DNA from: the human T2T-CHM13v2.0 reference genome, Homo sapiens
Reading direction: 5' to 3' (one strand)
Assembly: GCF_009914755.1 (NCBI RefSeq)
Contig: NC_060941.1
Length of the DNA stretch: 64,000 bases
Below are positions 35,270 through 49,908 of this stretch, piece after piece (positions within the stretch are counted from its first letter, which is position 1; each line of letters starts with the position of its first letter). Position numbers and translations under genes: made by a program. Below the pieces are notes generated by a model. It did not search any database and was not told the origin of the DNA. It worked only from the letters and a program-made list of their open reading frames with translations.

Positions 35270-36249
35270 CTAATGTCAAGGTTTGCCACAGGTCTCTTAC
35301 AGCTAATTACCCTTGGCTGTGCCAGACTCGCACCATTTCTTTCCCTCCACAGTCTGTTGGACACTCTGGTGCCTGGTTCTGTGCAGTGGGTAAGAAAATC
35401 AGATCATTCTCTTTTTTTCTGAGGACACTGATTGCACACTTAGGTTGAGAGAAACAAAGCAGTAAATAGACCAATGGAAGTTTTAGCTACAAAGCCAGAG
35501 ACAACCCCCAAAGTTTCTGACTCATACAAGCCTGCAGCTGGACAAGCCCTATTTGTGCGCTGGGATTCAGCCTGGTCCAGTTGCCCTGGGAAAGCAGTCT
35601 CTGCAGACAGTGGTCAGCGGTCGGGGCCAAGGGCACTCACTACCATCAGGGGCTTTTGTATTTCACTCTTTAAATAAGAACTTTGGTGACAGGCATGGAG
35701 AATCAAACCTCCCCGGGGCCCAGGGATTTTAGTGTCCCCATTTATAAAATGGAGGCAATTGTATCTGTTCTGCTCACCTCAGAAAGGCTTGCTTTTTGAG
35801 GATGAAATGCAATGGCAAATGCGGAAGTATTTTGAAATAAAGGCAGCAGGCATACAGGCGCATTATTATTATGCAGAAGAATTTTTTTCTCCATAACATA
35901 AAAGTTGTCTCTTGTTGCAGGTTGAGAGTAATAACTATATAATTAGACTTTGTGTCATATCAAGAGAGGCATCCCCTTTTTTTCATTAAACAGACATTTG
36001 TTCAGTTTCTACAGTGTGCAATGTTGTGCATTGCGAAGGATGCAGAATTGAATAAGCCATAATCCTCCCCTTCAAGGAATGTACGTTCTAGTATCAGGAA
36101 GATAAAACTTAGAAGATATAATTCAAAGTCAAAAGGAAAAAGGGATTCAGAGGAAGGAGTGGTTCATTTGGGTTGGAGAGTTGAGGAAAGGCTTTGTGGA
36201 GGAGAGAGCATTCGTCAGAGAGATGGGCAAGATTCTCTCCTTTATTTTA

Positions 36250-36793
<544 letters not shown>

Positions 36794-39166
36794 TGAAGAC
36801 ACAGGACCTGCCTATAGCACAGTGAAGGTCATATGGAAGTCTTGAGGCCCAATGAGAATTCAGAAATGGGACCCTGGGGACCAGCCAGGCCCCAAGGAGG
36901 TGGCAGGAAAGGAAGGTAAGACCTGGCAAAGTAGCTGATTGTTTCCCTGAATGTGTGACTGGCTAAATCTTGGGACTGGGAAAGTTTTTTTCTGTGCTTT
37001 TCTGAGCTCAACTTCTGGGTGCCCACGCCTTGCTTTGAAAGGGTTTGGTCTGTGAACCTACACATCTCTCAGTAATGATTTAAGTTACTCAGAAAACTGG
37101 GAGCCCTGGAGTGAAAGGAAGAGACGAAAGGGAAAGAAATCCATGTAGCAGTCTTGCTCCGTTTGATCTGGCAGACAGCGGGCGATGATGGAAGAATGCT
37201 GGAGATGGAGGTGGAGGGTGGTCGGATTCTGCCATCCTGAGCCATGTCTGCTGTTTGGACTTGCAGACTTCAAACACGGCTGGGGGATTCCCGGAAGACA
37301 AAAGAATTCAGGGCCGGGACTTGGATCTCAGTCAAAAATAACTTACGTCTTCATCTCAGGAAGGCAAACAGTGGTAGCTCAGGGCTGGTTTCTCAGAAGA
37401 TTAGAGCTACAGGTGGGGACAGGGTGCCACGAAGGTCAGTTTAGGTTTAAGCTGGCTGCAGAGAGAGAAGGGGCTCGGAGGGTGTGGGTCTGGCAGAGGG
37501 AGATGTCAGAATGAACCCCAAGTGAAAGAGGTTCTGGAGAAAAAGTCATCCCTGTTTGCCCCCCTTCTGGGCATTGCCATTGCTTTGAGCAATAATTACA
37601 GCCCTTCATGTTTCTTCCCTGGCTTCTCATTAGCTCAAGGTGTCCACAAACAAACTGCTCAGCCCCCTTTGCCTTCCTCTCCCCGCTTCCAGCAGCTACT
37701 CCTGGCTTTTCCATGGCAGCCAACTGTCCCAGTTCCCAGGACCAGAACATCGGGTCCTTAAAAAAACTCCTTCCTCTCTTGGAGGGCACATTTGAGAGAC
37801 TCAGCCCTGGAAAGGCTCTTCTCTCTCTCCTCCCCCTTATCCCACTGGACTGTCATTAGAGGATGACCTCATTTTCCCCCAGGAGGCCAGGGCCCGGGTC
37901 TCATCCCCTTTGTACTATCAGTACCTCGGCCAGGGTCTGGCACATAATGGACACTCAGCACGTGTGAGCTGAATGGCACTGCTGAGCTGTTGCCAACTTA
38001 ATCTTCCTAAAATGCTGCTCCAGTTAGAAGCCATCACCGCTTCTCTATCTCCCACTGGGCGAGGTCCAACCTCCTCAGACTGGCACTCGGGGACTCTGGC
38101 GACACAGTGCTCCTCGCCTGCCCGGCCATCCTCACTTTGTGCTCAGCCACTTCATGGTTCCCAACACAGTCAACAGCTTTCCTATCTCTGTGTCTTTGCC
38201 GCAGCAGTTCCCTCCACCTAGAAACCCTTCCACGTTCTCTACCACAAGCTTGCCCCTTTCAAGGCTCATCTCAACATCATGCTCCTGCCCTTCTAAACCG
38301 AGTTTGATCCACCCTTCCCCAGCCCTTCATCCTGCTCTGCGTTGACTTCAAGTGTCTTGTTAGGAACCTTAAAAGAGGCCATGGTGTAGCGCACTTGCAA
38401 AATGAAGAGCAAGGAAGAAGTGCCAATAGGCCCAGTTCCGTGTCACTTCTCATTAGCGCCAAAGGTTCTCCCAGGGAGGGGCCTCTGCATGGCACACCTC
38501 CAGGCATCGACGAGTGCCTGCCTGCTGCAGCTGGTCAGTGAAAGTGACACCATGCCTACTCCCTCCTCTGCCCCCAAAATGCCACAGAATATGCCAGTCC
38601 TTAGGCTGTCTCAGGTGAGAGTAGAACAAAAGGTGTCAGGGTGCCTAGCCACTCCTATCCCCTGGAGCTTTCTAGGCCTGGACCCCAGGCCCCATGTCCT
38701 ACTGCCTGCTCGGGAGTGGGTTGCAGATTCGCCTGGAGCTGAGGGGCAGAGTGGTCTGACCAGCTGGGCGTAGGTGACATTGAGGACAACAGGTAAAGGG
38801 TGGCCTCAGGCTCATGGAGGATGATGGATGTAACAACTTGTCCTAACAGTCTCCAAGTCCAGACACCATCACCTCCCAGCAAGGGCCAAGGTGAGAGAAG
38901 CTGCCCCGTGAAGCAAGAATCCTGGTGAGAGATCAGGAATTCCTTCTTAGGAGACTTTTGGAAACATAGCCTGCCAAGGCGGGGTAAATGTTCCTAGGGA
39001 CAGAAGGAGGAACAAGATAGCCTTCTGGATGTTTCCCATCTTCCCTCTCCCTTTTATTCTAACTGCTGCCGCCCTTGTGACCTCTTCCTTGGACAGCACC
39101 TCTCATGGCCCTCTGCTCAGGCCAACCTCCCTCCTGTCTAGACTCTACACTACAGCCAAAGGGATC

Positions 39167-39463
39167 TTTTTTGTTTGTTTTGAGACGGAGTCTCACTCTG
39201 TCGCCCAGGCTGGAGTGCAGTGGCAGATCTCGGCTCACTGCAAGCTCCGCTTCCTGTGGTCAAGTGATTCTCCTGCCTTAGCCTCCCGAGTAGCTGGGAT
39301 TACAGGCGCCCACCACCACGCCCGGCTAATTTTTTGTATTTTTTTAGTAGAGACAGGGTTTCAACGTGTTAGCCAGGACGGTCTCGATCTCCTGACCTCG
39401 TGATCCGCCCGCCTTGGTCTCCCAAAGTGCTGGGATTACAGCCGTGAGCCACCGCGCCTGGCC
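39167..39463 (-). mobile_element. Alu
   Basis: Reverse dimer; TSD agggatctttt. Confidence 0.95.
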
Positions 39464-41809
39464 AGGGATCTTTTAAATATTACTCTACTGCTCACAATCC
39501 TTCAATGGCTCCCTATTGCCCTTAGGTAAAGTCCAAGCTCTTTTCCCATGAAACTCACAGCCCCTCACAACCTTCCCGTCCAGGCTGGGCTCTTTAGATT
39601 GGTCATCGTGCTCCAGTTTCCAGCCATGCCAAACTGCTTGTCGTTTGCCTCCCATATGATGCTGCTCCACAAGCCTGGTCGTGCTGTTCCCTCTACCTGG
39701 AACACCTCCTTCACCTTTTCCATGTTGCCTAGTTCTGGAGGCTTATCCTTTGGGAAGCCTTCCTGGACCCACAGCGACCCCCTCCTTTGGAGTTCTACAC
39801 CTTCTGGGCTTCCCTTGAATCCAGGACTTACCCTTGTGTTGAATGTGACTGTCACCCCCAATTATCCATTTCTGGAGGGCAGGGTCTGGTTCTTATCCAC
39901 CTCTGTATTCTCAAAGCTCTGTCATTGGTACTTAGTAGGAGCTTAATACATGTTCAGGAACAGAACTGAGCCTGCTAAGCTCCCTTCCCCACGAAGGGAT
40001 GACAGAGTTGGATATGTTGATAAGAGCTGTCCCTGGGCTGATGAAGAGGCAGCTCCCTGGGTAGCTGGTATCAGAACACTGTCCAGGGTGGCTGGGCATC
40101 CCAGCAGAGTGGCCAACCCTTTTCTGTGCCCTTCTCCTTCCAGTTCCCCTGGAACCAGACTTCCTGGCCCACTTCTCTAGTCCCAGAGATCTAAGTATAA
40201 CAGAGCCAACACCCATACCGGTCATGCAAATGACAGCCTGGGATGCGGGAGGCAGCGACACAGACCCCAGGGCCCCAGCGGTCATTTGTCCTTCTGGGCT
40301 CCTCTTCACAAAGGAATCAGCCTCTCTTCTGTCCCCTGAAGGCTGTTTTCAAAATCACACCCCATGCAGACAGTTTTATTTACAAGGAAATCTTGGCAGG
40401 ATCTTGACTTGTTAGTAGAGTAGGGATGGGGAGGAGGGTGGTGAGAAACAAAAATAGTTGAAATGATCACACTTTCTGAAACAGAGATGAAAATTGGTGT
40501 CTGTAGCAAACTCACCTAATTAGAATCAAGTGAATTCCCTTCTCGGTGTTTAAGGGGAGCAGTCATTGCTGGGTGATGGTCGCAGTTCGGATCCTGGGCA
40601 CGGGGTTATGTCTTTGCTTTCTGAAGATGACTGCATTAGTTGCAGCTCTCACTAATGGAAAGGAGCCTGTTCCGTTTCCCAGAGGAAGGAAGAGGGCAAA
40701 GACTAGTGAGTGAGTGGGTGGTGGGAAGAGGAAAGCAAGAGGAGTGGAAGGGCACAGCCTTGGTGTGGGCTGGGGACTGACTGCGAGATGCCTCCTGGAG
40801 AAGCTCCTGAGCCTCTGGGGAGAGCTGGCCCCTGCCAGGCCGGCCACTAGCACCATTTACAGCCAGAGCCTCTGCTTCGGGAGATGGTCTCTCTTGGGGG
40901 CGCTTTCCTGCAGGGAAACAGCATCGATTGTTTTCTTTAAAAGATCCCCTACTCCGTTTTGGCTAACTTCCTTTCTGATTGCTTTAGTTTCTTTACCGTC
41001 CCTCTCCCCAGATGGGGCATTTCCCTGGGCTTACCTTTGTCCATGTGGTCAAATGAAGCCTGGGCATGGTCACTTAGCTCTGGGTGTAGGAAGGGCAAGA
41101 TTTAGGCTTTGGGGCCCACGACCCCGCAATCTGACTTCTCCCATTTCTGGGCCTCCCGAGACCTCCCAGAATCTGAGACCGCAGTGAATAGGGCGTAAGG
41201 ATAATGGGGCGGGAGGCAGGAATCCCGTCCTTACAACATCGCGCCCCCAATTCACTCCTAGTTAACCCTGACGTCGCCAACATAGTGTCTCCATCACATA
41301 TCTGCCACCTCCAAGTGATGGTTAAGCCGATGGAAGAGCCAAGCCCGGGCCCGGAGTGCAGGCCGGTGGTGACCGGGCCGGGGACGGCGCAGTCCCCATC
41401 CCCGCCCCGGGCAGCGCCACCACTTCCTCGCCAGCCCCGCCGCAGCCCTCCCGCTCCCGGGCCGCGCCGCTCTGACCGACTGGGCCCGGGTGGCGGCGCC
41501 CGGGGTGGGGTGCGGGGCGGGGGCCGGCGTTCCCCGCGAGCAGCCCCGCCCCCGCCCGCGCGCCGCCCCCGAGGACTCCGCGGGGAGGAGGAGACTCGGG
41601 CGCAGAGCGGGGGCCGCGAGAAGCGGGAAGGGAGCGCGGGGAGCGGCGGGGCCGGGGCCGGCCCAAGGGCGCCCTCGCCTCGGAGCCGGGCGCGAGGGCC
41701 GGGGCGGAGGCGGAGGCCGGCGGGGCAGCTAGCGCAGTGAAGTTTGGCGGCGGAGGGGCCGGGCGTCCCGGGGTCGCGAGGAGGCGGCGGCGGCGCGGGG
41801 ACCGGGGCC

Positions 41810-41902
41810 ATGGGGGCGGGCGCGGGCTGCGGAGCGGGCGCGGAGGCGGCGCGGCGCGCACTGAGCCCCTGGAGCGGCGCGGCCGCCGCGGCGCAAAGTT
41901 AG
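41810..41902 (+). other. Candidate uORF (30 aa), in frame with RHBDL3
   Basis: GCCATGG at 41807-41813; MGAGAGCGAGAEAARRALSPWSGAAAAAQS*, TAG at 41900-41902. It only matters if transcription starts upstream of 41810. Confidence 0.5.
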
Positions 41903-41959
41903 CCCGGCGCCCCGGGACGAGCCCCGCAGCCGCCGCCGCCCCCGGACCCCGTCTCGGCC

Positions 41960-42070
41960 ATGGGCGAGCACCCCAGCCCGGGCCCCGCGGTGGCCGCCTG
42001 CGCCGAGGCGGAGCGCATCGAGGAGCTGGAACCCGAGGCCGAGGAGCGGCTGCCCGCGGCGCCGGAGGAC
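41960..42070 (+). CDS. RHBDL3: RHBDL3 (rhomboid-like 3 intramembrane serine protease) coding exon 1
   Basis: Kozak GCCATGG; MGEHPSPGPAVAACAEAERIEELEPEAEERLPAAPED; donor GAC|GTGAGT at 42071, phase 0; matches the RHBDL3 N-terminus as I recall it. Confidence 0.95.
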
Positions 42071-43671
42071 GTGAGTGCCCCCTCCCCGCCCGGCAAACTT
42101 TCTAGGGGGCGCCGGGGGGAAAAGCCGCCCCTGTCTCGCCCCACGCCGGGCAACTTGGAGGTTTCAGGGTGACGCGGGAGCGCCCCGGATTGGCCGGGTC
42201 CCCGCGGGCAGGAGGGGGCGGAGGGACCGGTCTCCCCGAAACGCGCGCGCACCGCTTCCCCCGCTCTGGTTCCCGCGGCTTCCCTGCGGGACACAGCACC
42301 GCCACTGCGCCGCGGACCTGTCACCGCCGGAGCCCCCTCCCCGCCGCTGGTGCAGTGCCCGGGACACGGCGTTTTCCCGCAGAGGCGGCCGCGTCACGGC
42401 GGTGACTCCCCCTCCCCTCACGCCCGCGACCTGCGAGCTCCCGGAGCTGGGGAAGGAGCGGACGCCGCAGAGTCCCCGTCCCTGGCCATGCAAGCCGGCC
42501 TGGCGACCCCTTCCTCCGCTCCCGGATTAGCTCCCGCCCGGCACCTGCCTTGCCGCGACACTGATTGAAATTCAAGCCGGCCCCCGCCTCTGACCCCGGC
42601 CGGAGCAGGGAGGCAAAGAGTGCTGGGAGCGGCTTTGCTCCTAGAAGGAGGCCCGGGAGTCCAAGACCGTGGCGGTGCCAGGGGACGGTCCCCTGGGCGA
42701 GGAGAGGGAGGGGCTGCCCCGAGGGCTTCCCCGCCGTCTGCTGCTCGGGTCTCCATCCCTCCGGTCCTGCGGGCCGGCCCTGCGAAGCCCTGGGAACTGG
42801 AGTTTCTTGGGTTAACCTCCCGGGGCTAACCTACACATAGGGGTGAAAAACCGGGCAGACACCCTGCCCTGCCCACTCCTCCCTCAGGGTGGGGAGATGG
42901 AAGTGAAACCAGGCCCCCAACCCACACAACGAAAGCGGGAAAGTCTGAATGGGGTTGGGGGGTAGTTTACGATCTTCTCTCTTTGGCGTCTGCGGTTAAA
43001 TCTATCACTTCCTTCTGGCCCTAAACCCCTGGCAGAATCTGATGTAGTCACCACTTAGACTCAGCCTTGGAAGAGAATGGGTGGGCTTCACCGCATTCGG
43101 CATTCACCACCCCCCCTTCCCCGCAAAAAAACAAAAAACGAACAAACAAACAAAAAACTGCAGGCAAAATGTTAGTGTTTATGCAGAGGTGAGTTCTCCT
43201 GGGGGGGGAGGGGGGGGCTCTAGCTCCCAGCAGGTGAGACTCATTGCGCCGGGGTCTGATGGAATTGCACCTGGCCATGCTCTCCCAGGCCTGGGAGTAG
43301 CTGTGGACATAAGCTTTAGGCAGCAGAAATTATTAGAGGCGCTTGGACATATTTGGACGCCTTTATTTAGTAATTGTTGAGAATCACTTGTTCTGCCAGT
43401 TCCAGAACCAGCAACACCCACCTTGCCGCCCCCGCCCCCACCCCATCCCTTACTGTGAGTTTCCTCCCTCTGCTCAGTGTGGACTCATTGGGGAGCTCCT
43501 CCCAGACTTCCCCTGCTCTCCTGTGGCCAGTCCCTGAGCCTGGTCATGACTCCTGGGCAGCCGCTGGGAGGCTATGTCAGAAACATCCGAGGACTACAGA
43601 GACCTTGGTGATAAGTGTGTCTTTCTTTCTCTCCTCTTCTTCCTCTCCTGCATGGCCTCCCTCTCTGCCAG

Positions 43672-43695
43672 CACTGGAAAGTCCTGTTTGATCAG
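43672..43695 (+). CDS. RHBDL3: RHBDL3 coding exon 2 (24-nt microexon, HWKVLFDQ)
   Basis: Long CT tract + tctctgccAG (43670-43671); CAC TGG AAA GTC CTG TTT GAT CAG; donor CAG|GTATGT; joins exon 1 (..PED) to exon 3 (FDPG..) in frame. Confidence 0.92.
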
Positions 43696-44813
43696 GTATG
43701 TGAGCAGTTAACCCCCCATTTCCTTCCAGCCCTCCCTGAAATCGGTCTCAGTCTCCCTGCTTGCGTGGGCTTCCCTAGCTCCGCGCTCCTGAGATGGTGA
43801 CGTGGGGTGGGGGTGTGGCTTTGTGCATCTCTAGGGCTGAACGACACTGCTCTCCAGGTATCAGGAGGAAGAGATGGGCTCCCCTGAGAGGATCTCCCTC
43901 CTGCCTCCTCCCTACTCTGCTGCACCAGAGCCGGGTTTACACCATGTAGAAATTGGACGTTATATATTGAATGCCTGGGAAATCCTCCATATGCCAGGGG
44001 ATTGCAGTAGGGGGCTGGAGAGGTGGGGGAAGGGCTTGGGCTGACAATCCCTCTCCGTTTCTACCTCCACTATGGAGGGTCCATGGCCACCGCTGAAGTC
44101 AAATCTCTGCCATCCTTGGGGGCTGACTCACAGTATGGACTCTTTTGAAGTCTAATTCAATGTCTTTAATTCTGTCATAGGGATGAGGGAGTGCTGGGAG
44201 GTTACAGAGGGGAAATTGTGTGTGATTCTTCGCAATGCCTGGAGTCCAGGTGTAGGGCATGGAGTTGGGGGTGCCAAGTATTGGCTTTTGAACCTGGAGA
44301 TGGACATTTGACCTTCAGCAAGGAAATGGTTCTCCTCTTAGCATTCGTGGTGGGTGCTGTTATGTGCTTCCTTCTCCCTCTTTGCCCCATGTTGGAGGAT
44401 AGTTGAGTGCTATAGTCCTGGGGTGAGAATGATTGTGCCATGAAGTTTGTGCAACTTTAAGAAATTGGTGTGAGTGGGCCAGAGGGAATGTGTTGGGTAG
44501 GAGAAGGAGATAAAGCTGAAAAATTAGCTTGAACCAGGACTTCGTTGTAGGCAGGGGAAGCCTTAGAAAGTTTTTTAGCAGGGTTGTTATGTGATCCAAG
44601 CCAGGCTTGGGAAAGCTCCAGTGTCTTAGGGGATAAGGAGTGAATGGGCTACGGGGATGAGGGAAGCTAGGCAGGAGCTGCAGCACTGAACAGAGGCAAG
44701 AAGGTGACAGTGAGGATGGACGGGAAGAGGGACATGGTGATGGAAGAATTGGAAGATCTTAATAGACCGTAGGTGAGGGGAACCACATATCTAACTTTGA
44801 GATTCTGAACCTA

Positions 44814-45137
<324 letters not shown>

Positions 45138-45812
45138 GTTGGAGTGAGGAGAGACGTTTGGCAAAAATGACAACTTTGGTTTGAGACAAGTTCAGTTAGA
45201 GGAGCCAGCCGGTTGCAGATGCCGGAGTGGGCGTGATGACACGGAATTGCAGCGCGAAAGGCCTGGGGTGAGGATTTGGGGTGATCATCCACATTAACCA
45301 CGAGGTCTGGCTGTGGTTTGAAGTTCAAAGCATGCACTGGCTCCTGTCCTGACGGGTAGAGCATCTCTCCCTCTGGCTCCTAAGAGTACAGCAGCTGCTG
45401 GCCTGATGCCCCAAGGCAGGAGGGAGCCCGCTGCGCCACTGCCACCACTACCACCAAGCTGCCAGCCCTTCACACCTCCTGCCAGATTTAGAATCAGAAC
45501 CTAGAACAAAGTGTATCATTCTTTTTTTTTCTCTGTCTGTGTCTATCTTTTTCATTTGATTAATTTCCTTTGCCAGTCCCTGTGTGTATGTGTACATTTT
45601 AAAACAAACCATTTGGGTGAAAGGAAGAGAGCTTTTAGTAGGAAGATTTTGGAACTCAAGGGAGCAGAAAGAATGTGTAGCACCTAATAGTAGCTAGTGG
45701 TCTATTAAATCGAATTTTTCCAACTGAAGGTAGGTCCTGGGTCCTGGGTGTCACAAAGAGCATACCCCTGCTTCTGGGAGGCCTGCCCAGAATTAATTCT
45801 AGGAAAGAAATT

Positions 45813-45927
45813 AGGCCAGGCACAGTGGCTAACGCCGGTAATCCCAGCATTTTGGGAGGCTGAGACAGGAGGATGGCCTCCCAAAAAGTGAGACCCTTTC
45901 TCAAAAAAAAAAAAAAAAAAAAAAAAA
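45813..45927 (+). mobile_element. Internally deleted Alu
   Basis: Alu 5' end joined to gtgagaccctttctc and poly(A). Confidence 0.8.
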
Positions 45928-46689
45928 GAAGCAAGCAACCCTGATAGATCAAACTGCAGTCATGGATGGGACATGACACCTCTCAGAGTCCCTGTAAGCA
46001 CAAGTGACTCTGGAGTTCGCCTTCCAGAGATCAATGGCATGGGTGGCTAGAACCAGTCAAGTATCTCCTCCCTCCCTTCTTGGGTCAAGCAGACACCAGT
46101 GGTAGCCCAATTTCAAACTGGGATCTGCTAGGGTCTGTTTTCCAGGTGTTAGGGATGGATTAGACCAGTCCCTCCATAATGTCTGGTTCTTCAGCATGTG
46201 GAGTAGCCTTGATCTAGCATGACGCCAACTGGACCCCAAGGGCTAGAAGCCATGGTGTTGGTCTTGTTGGTCCTATATGGTCACCGTCGAACTAAATGGC
46301 CAGGATACCTTTTGTGGGGACTGGAGGTGATGAAAGCAGGTGACCCCAGTCCCATGGAAGCTTCTGCATCCCCCTCCCTGGCATTGTGGCATCTGGCCCA
46401 CTCAAGCAGGAGTGTTAGCAGGGCCAATCCATGCCACGCACCCTCACTCCCCCGATTCTTCCCCATGGGTCCCAGAAGTTGCAGCAGGTGGGAGACCTGA
46501 GGGTCATCAGTTCAACTCGGTATGTTCCATGTGTTCATGTCCTGTTCAAACTTCTTCTTGAGGGAATCGTCTTTTCATATTTTGGAGATCTTGATGGTTT
46601 TCCTAAATATTTAAGTAGATTTAAAATTTACCATAAATATTAGTCTGTTGTTATAGTATAATATCGTAGTAAAGATGTTTTATTTTTCT

Positions 46690-46825
46690 GACTGGGTGCT
46701 CACACCTGTAATCCCAACACTTTGGGAAGCCAAGGTGGGCAGATCGCTTGAGCCCAGGAGTTAAAGACCAGCCTGGGCAACATAGCGAGACCCCACCTCC
46801 GTTTTTTAAAAGTTTAAAAAAAAAT
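46690..46825 (+). mobile_element. Alu monomer (FLAM-like)
   Basis: Single left-arm-type unit. Confidence 0.85.
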
Positions 46826-47724
46826 TTGTTAAAGAAAAAAGTCTTATTTTCTGTGGAATCTGTTGAGCTTTTCCTTCCTGATTCCTTCTGTTGATTCAGA
46901 CCTGAGATAGTTTTCGTACCTCCCCAGATCTCATAAATATGCCCTTTTATTTCCTACTACTTTTTCTATGATTAAAAACATCATATAACCCTGCACTCCA
47001 TCTGCATCTGATTCCTATCCAGCTATGCTAGCATCACTTATTAAGTAAGCCTTCTTTATTATATTGTTTGAGAAATGTTATTTGGTAAATTTTTGTGTGT
47101 GGTTGGGTTGATATTTTATTTCTGATTTATGCCACTGATATTTATAATTTTGCACAGGTAATGTCCCCTTTAGTTATCGCTTTACATCTGTTCCATAGGT
47201 TTCTGAAAAGCTTCCCTTTTTCGGGTTATGCTTTGATAGTCTTATTCTCAGTCCCTTCCTGAATCCCAGGAAGCTTTGATTCAAGGTCAAATATTTAGTC
47301 AAAGGCCAAATAGCGGGGCAGTGACAGATATGGGACCAGAGCCCAGTTAACCCACAAAGGGCTTCTTGGGTTGGAAAAGTCATTTCCAGGTTTACCCTTA
47401 AAAATGCCTCCAAGATCTGTGAATGTTTAATGAACAAAAGAGTTTGGAGCAGAGTTCCGTTAAGTCAACAAAGCACAATTGCTTTCAAGCTCAAAAGAAC
47501 AAGAGGGAAAATGCAGTATTGAAAGTAACTTGACTATCTTCCTTTTTCCCTTCTCACTGGGAGCCTGTATTTCCTAGACCCCCAAAAGAGATCCCCAATT
47601 TTGCTAATCTCCCAGAAGGAAAGCAGACAAGTACTGACTGTCTCACCAAAATTATAAACATAAACATGTGCTACGATGAACAGAAGGCGTGGATCCGCCG
47701 CTTCGGTGGGTTGCTGGGGTCAGA

Positions 47725-47880
47725 AACTTGGATTTGGAGTCAGATAGACCTGGGTTCAAGTCTTACTCACTTTGTGATCGGAGGTAATTACATTAGCTCT
47801 CTGAGCCTCAGTTTCTTCCTCTGTACAATGGGGACGTAATATTTAACTTCAGGGTGACTATGAGAATTAAATGGAAGTGG
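47725..47880 (+). mobile_element. MIR
   Basis: tggagtcagatagacctgggttcaag...ctctctgagcctcagtttcttcctctgtacaatgggga...tgagaattaaatg. Confidence 0.8.
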
Positions 47881-48759
47881 AAGCTCCCTTTGCAATATCT
47901 GATTTGCAGTGGATATTCAACAGAAGTATCTTCATTGAGAATCAGAATTTGCTTGGAGAAGCACAAGGACCACTTCTGAGATCCAGGCCCCTACGGGGAA
48001 GGCAGCTCCTCAACACTTCTGAGCCCAGAGGATTTTTTTGCTTTCTGACTTCCAGTGTCTCCCCTTCCCAGTTCCCTGCCCTCCAGCCTGGGGCTCTTCC
48101 CTTGGCCTGACTTCATTTGTAGTCCCCCCTGCAAGCTGGCTTAAAGGTGTTCTGGGAGCTGAAAAGAGGTTCAGATAAGACCCCTGAAGGGATTAGCAAG
48201 GAGCTGCAGAGAAAACTCCTGCCCCAGAGACAGGGTGTTGGCCACCCCCAGAACTCACAATTAACCAGCAGAGCAGGGTTCCCAGAGAGGAACAAAGCCA
48301 CGGGCTTAACTGGAGCCCTTGGGCTCTGCACCCCCAACTCCTTATCAAGTGGTCTCTAGGACCCTTGAGGCTGTGGACTCCTCTTCACCACAGAGCCTGC
48401 TTCCCTACCTTACTCCTGCCCCAGTGACCCCATCAGCTATACTGACATTAACCCTTTTATTCCTGACCACTCACAGAAATGCATTTGATTGCTTTGGGCA
48501 ACAGGGCCGAGGGATCCGAGGTTGAACTTCGCCTGGCTGCCTGCCTGACACATAATAGATACACACGTTTGAGCGAACGACAGGTCGAACTACAGCTCTG
48601 CATGCATTGTCTTGGGTTAAAATATCCTCTCCAAGAGCAGGCCCTGACTGTGCAGCTACCACACTCACGGCAGCCCCTCTGCCACCGTATGGCTGCTGCC
48701 ACCTCAAGGAATATAGGTTATTAGAAGGTTAATGGAGGCATCTTGTCCAGTCTGCTCAT

Positions 48760-49071
<312 letters not shown>

Positions 49072-49249
49072 CAGTCCGCTCATTTTGCAAATGAGGAAAC
49101 AGAAGTCAGTGGCCTACTGAGGTCACTTGGTGCAATACAGCCAGAGCGGAGACTAGATCCCAACCCTGCTTTCTATCTGAACTGTGTTCCTGCCACCAGG
49201 CCATTCACTTAGTTGGTGCCTTGAGTAACCAAGGCAGGTGGAGAGGACA

Positions 49250-49908
<659 letters not shown>

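Larger units (their letters stand above)
41330..42830. promoter_or_regulatory. RHBDL3: CpG island / RHBDL3 promoter and exon 1 region
   Basis: Very GC- and CpG-rich; many GGGGCGG GC boxes, CRE-like TGACGTCG just upstream (41269-41276), no obvious TATA; contains the RHBDL3 start codon. Confidence 0.93.

Noticed and set aside
42095-42320. CTCF-like (ctagggggcgcc) and REST half-site-like (cagcacc...cggac) motifs
   Set aside because: Partial matches only, in very GC-rich sequence where such hits are common.
41074-42840. Many long overlapping Arg/Pro/Gly-rich ORFs on both strands (up to 245 aa)
   Set aside because: Expected from stop-codon scarcity in a CpG island; only 41960-42070 matches a known protein, and the ORF track's extension to 42172 is intron read-through.
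47690-47712. Short GC hairpin around cttcgg resembling a structured RNA or terminator
   Set aside because: Short stem with several G-U pairs, no U-tract and no recognisable ncRNA context.
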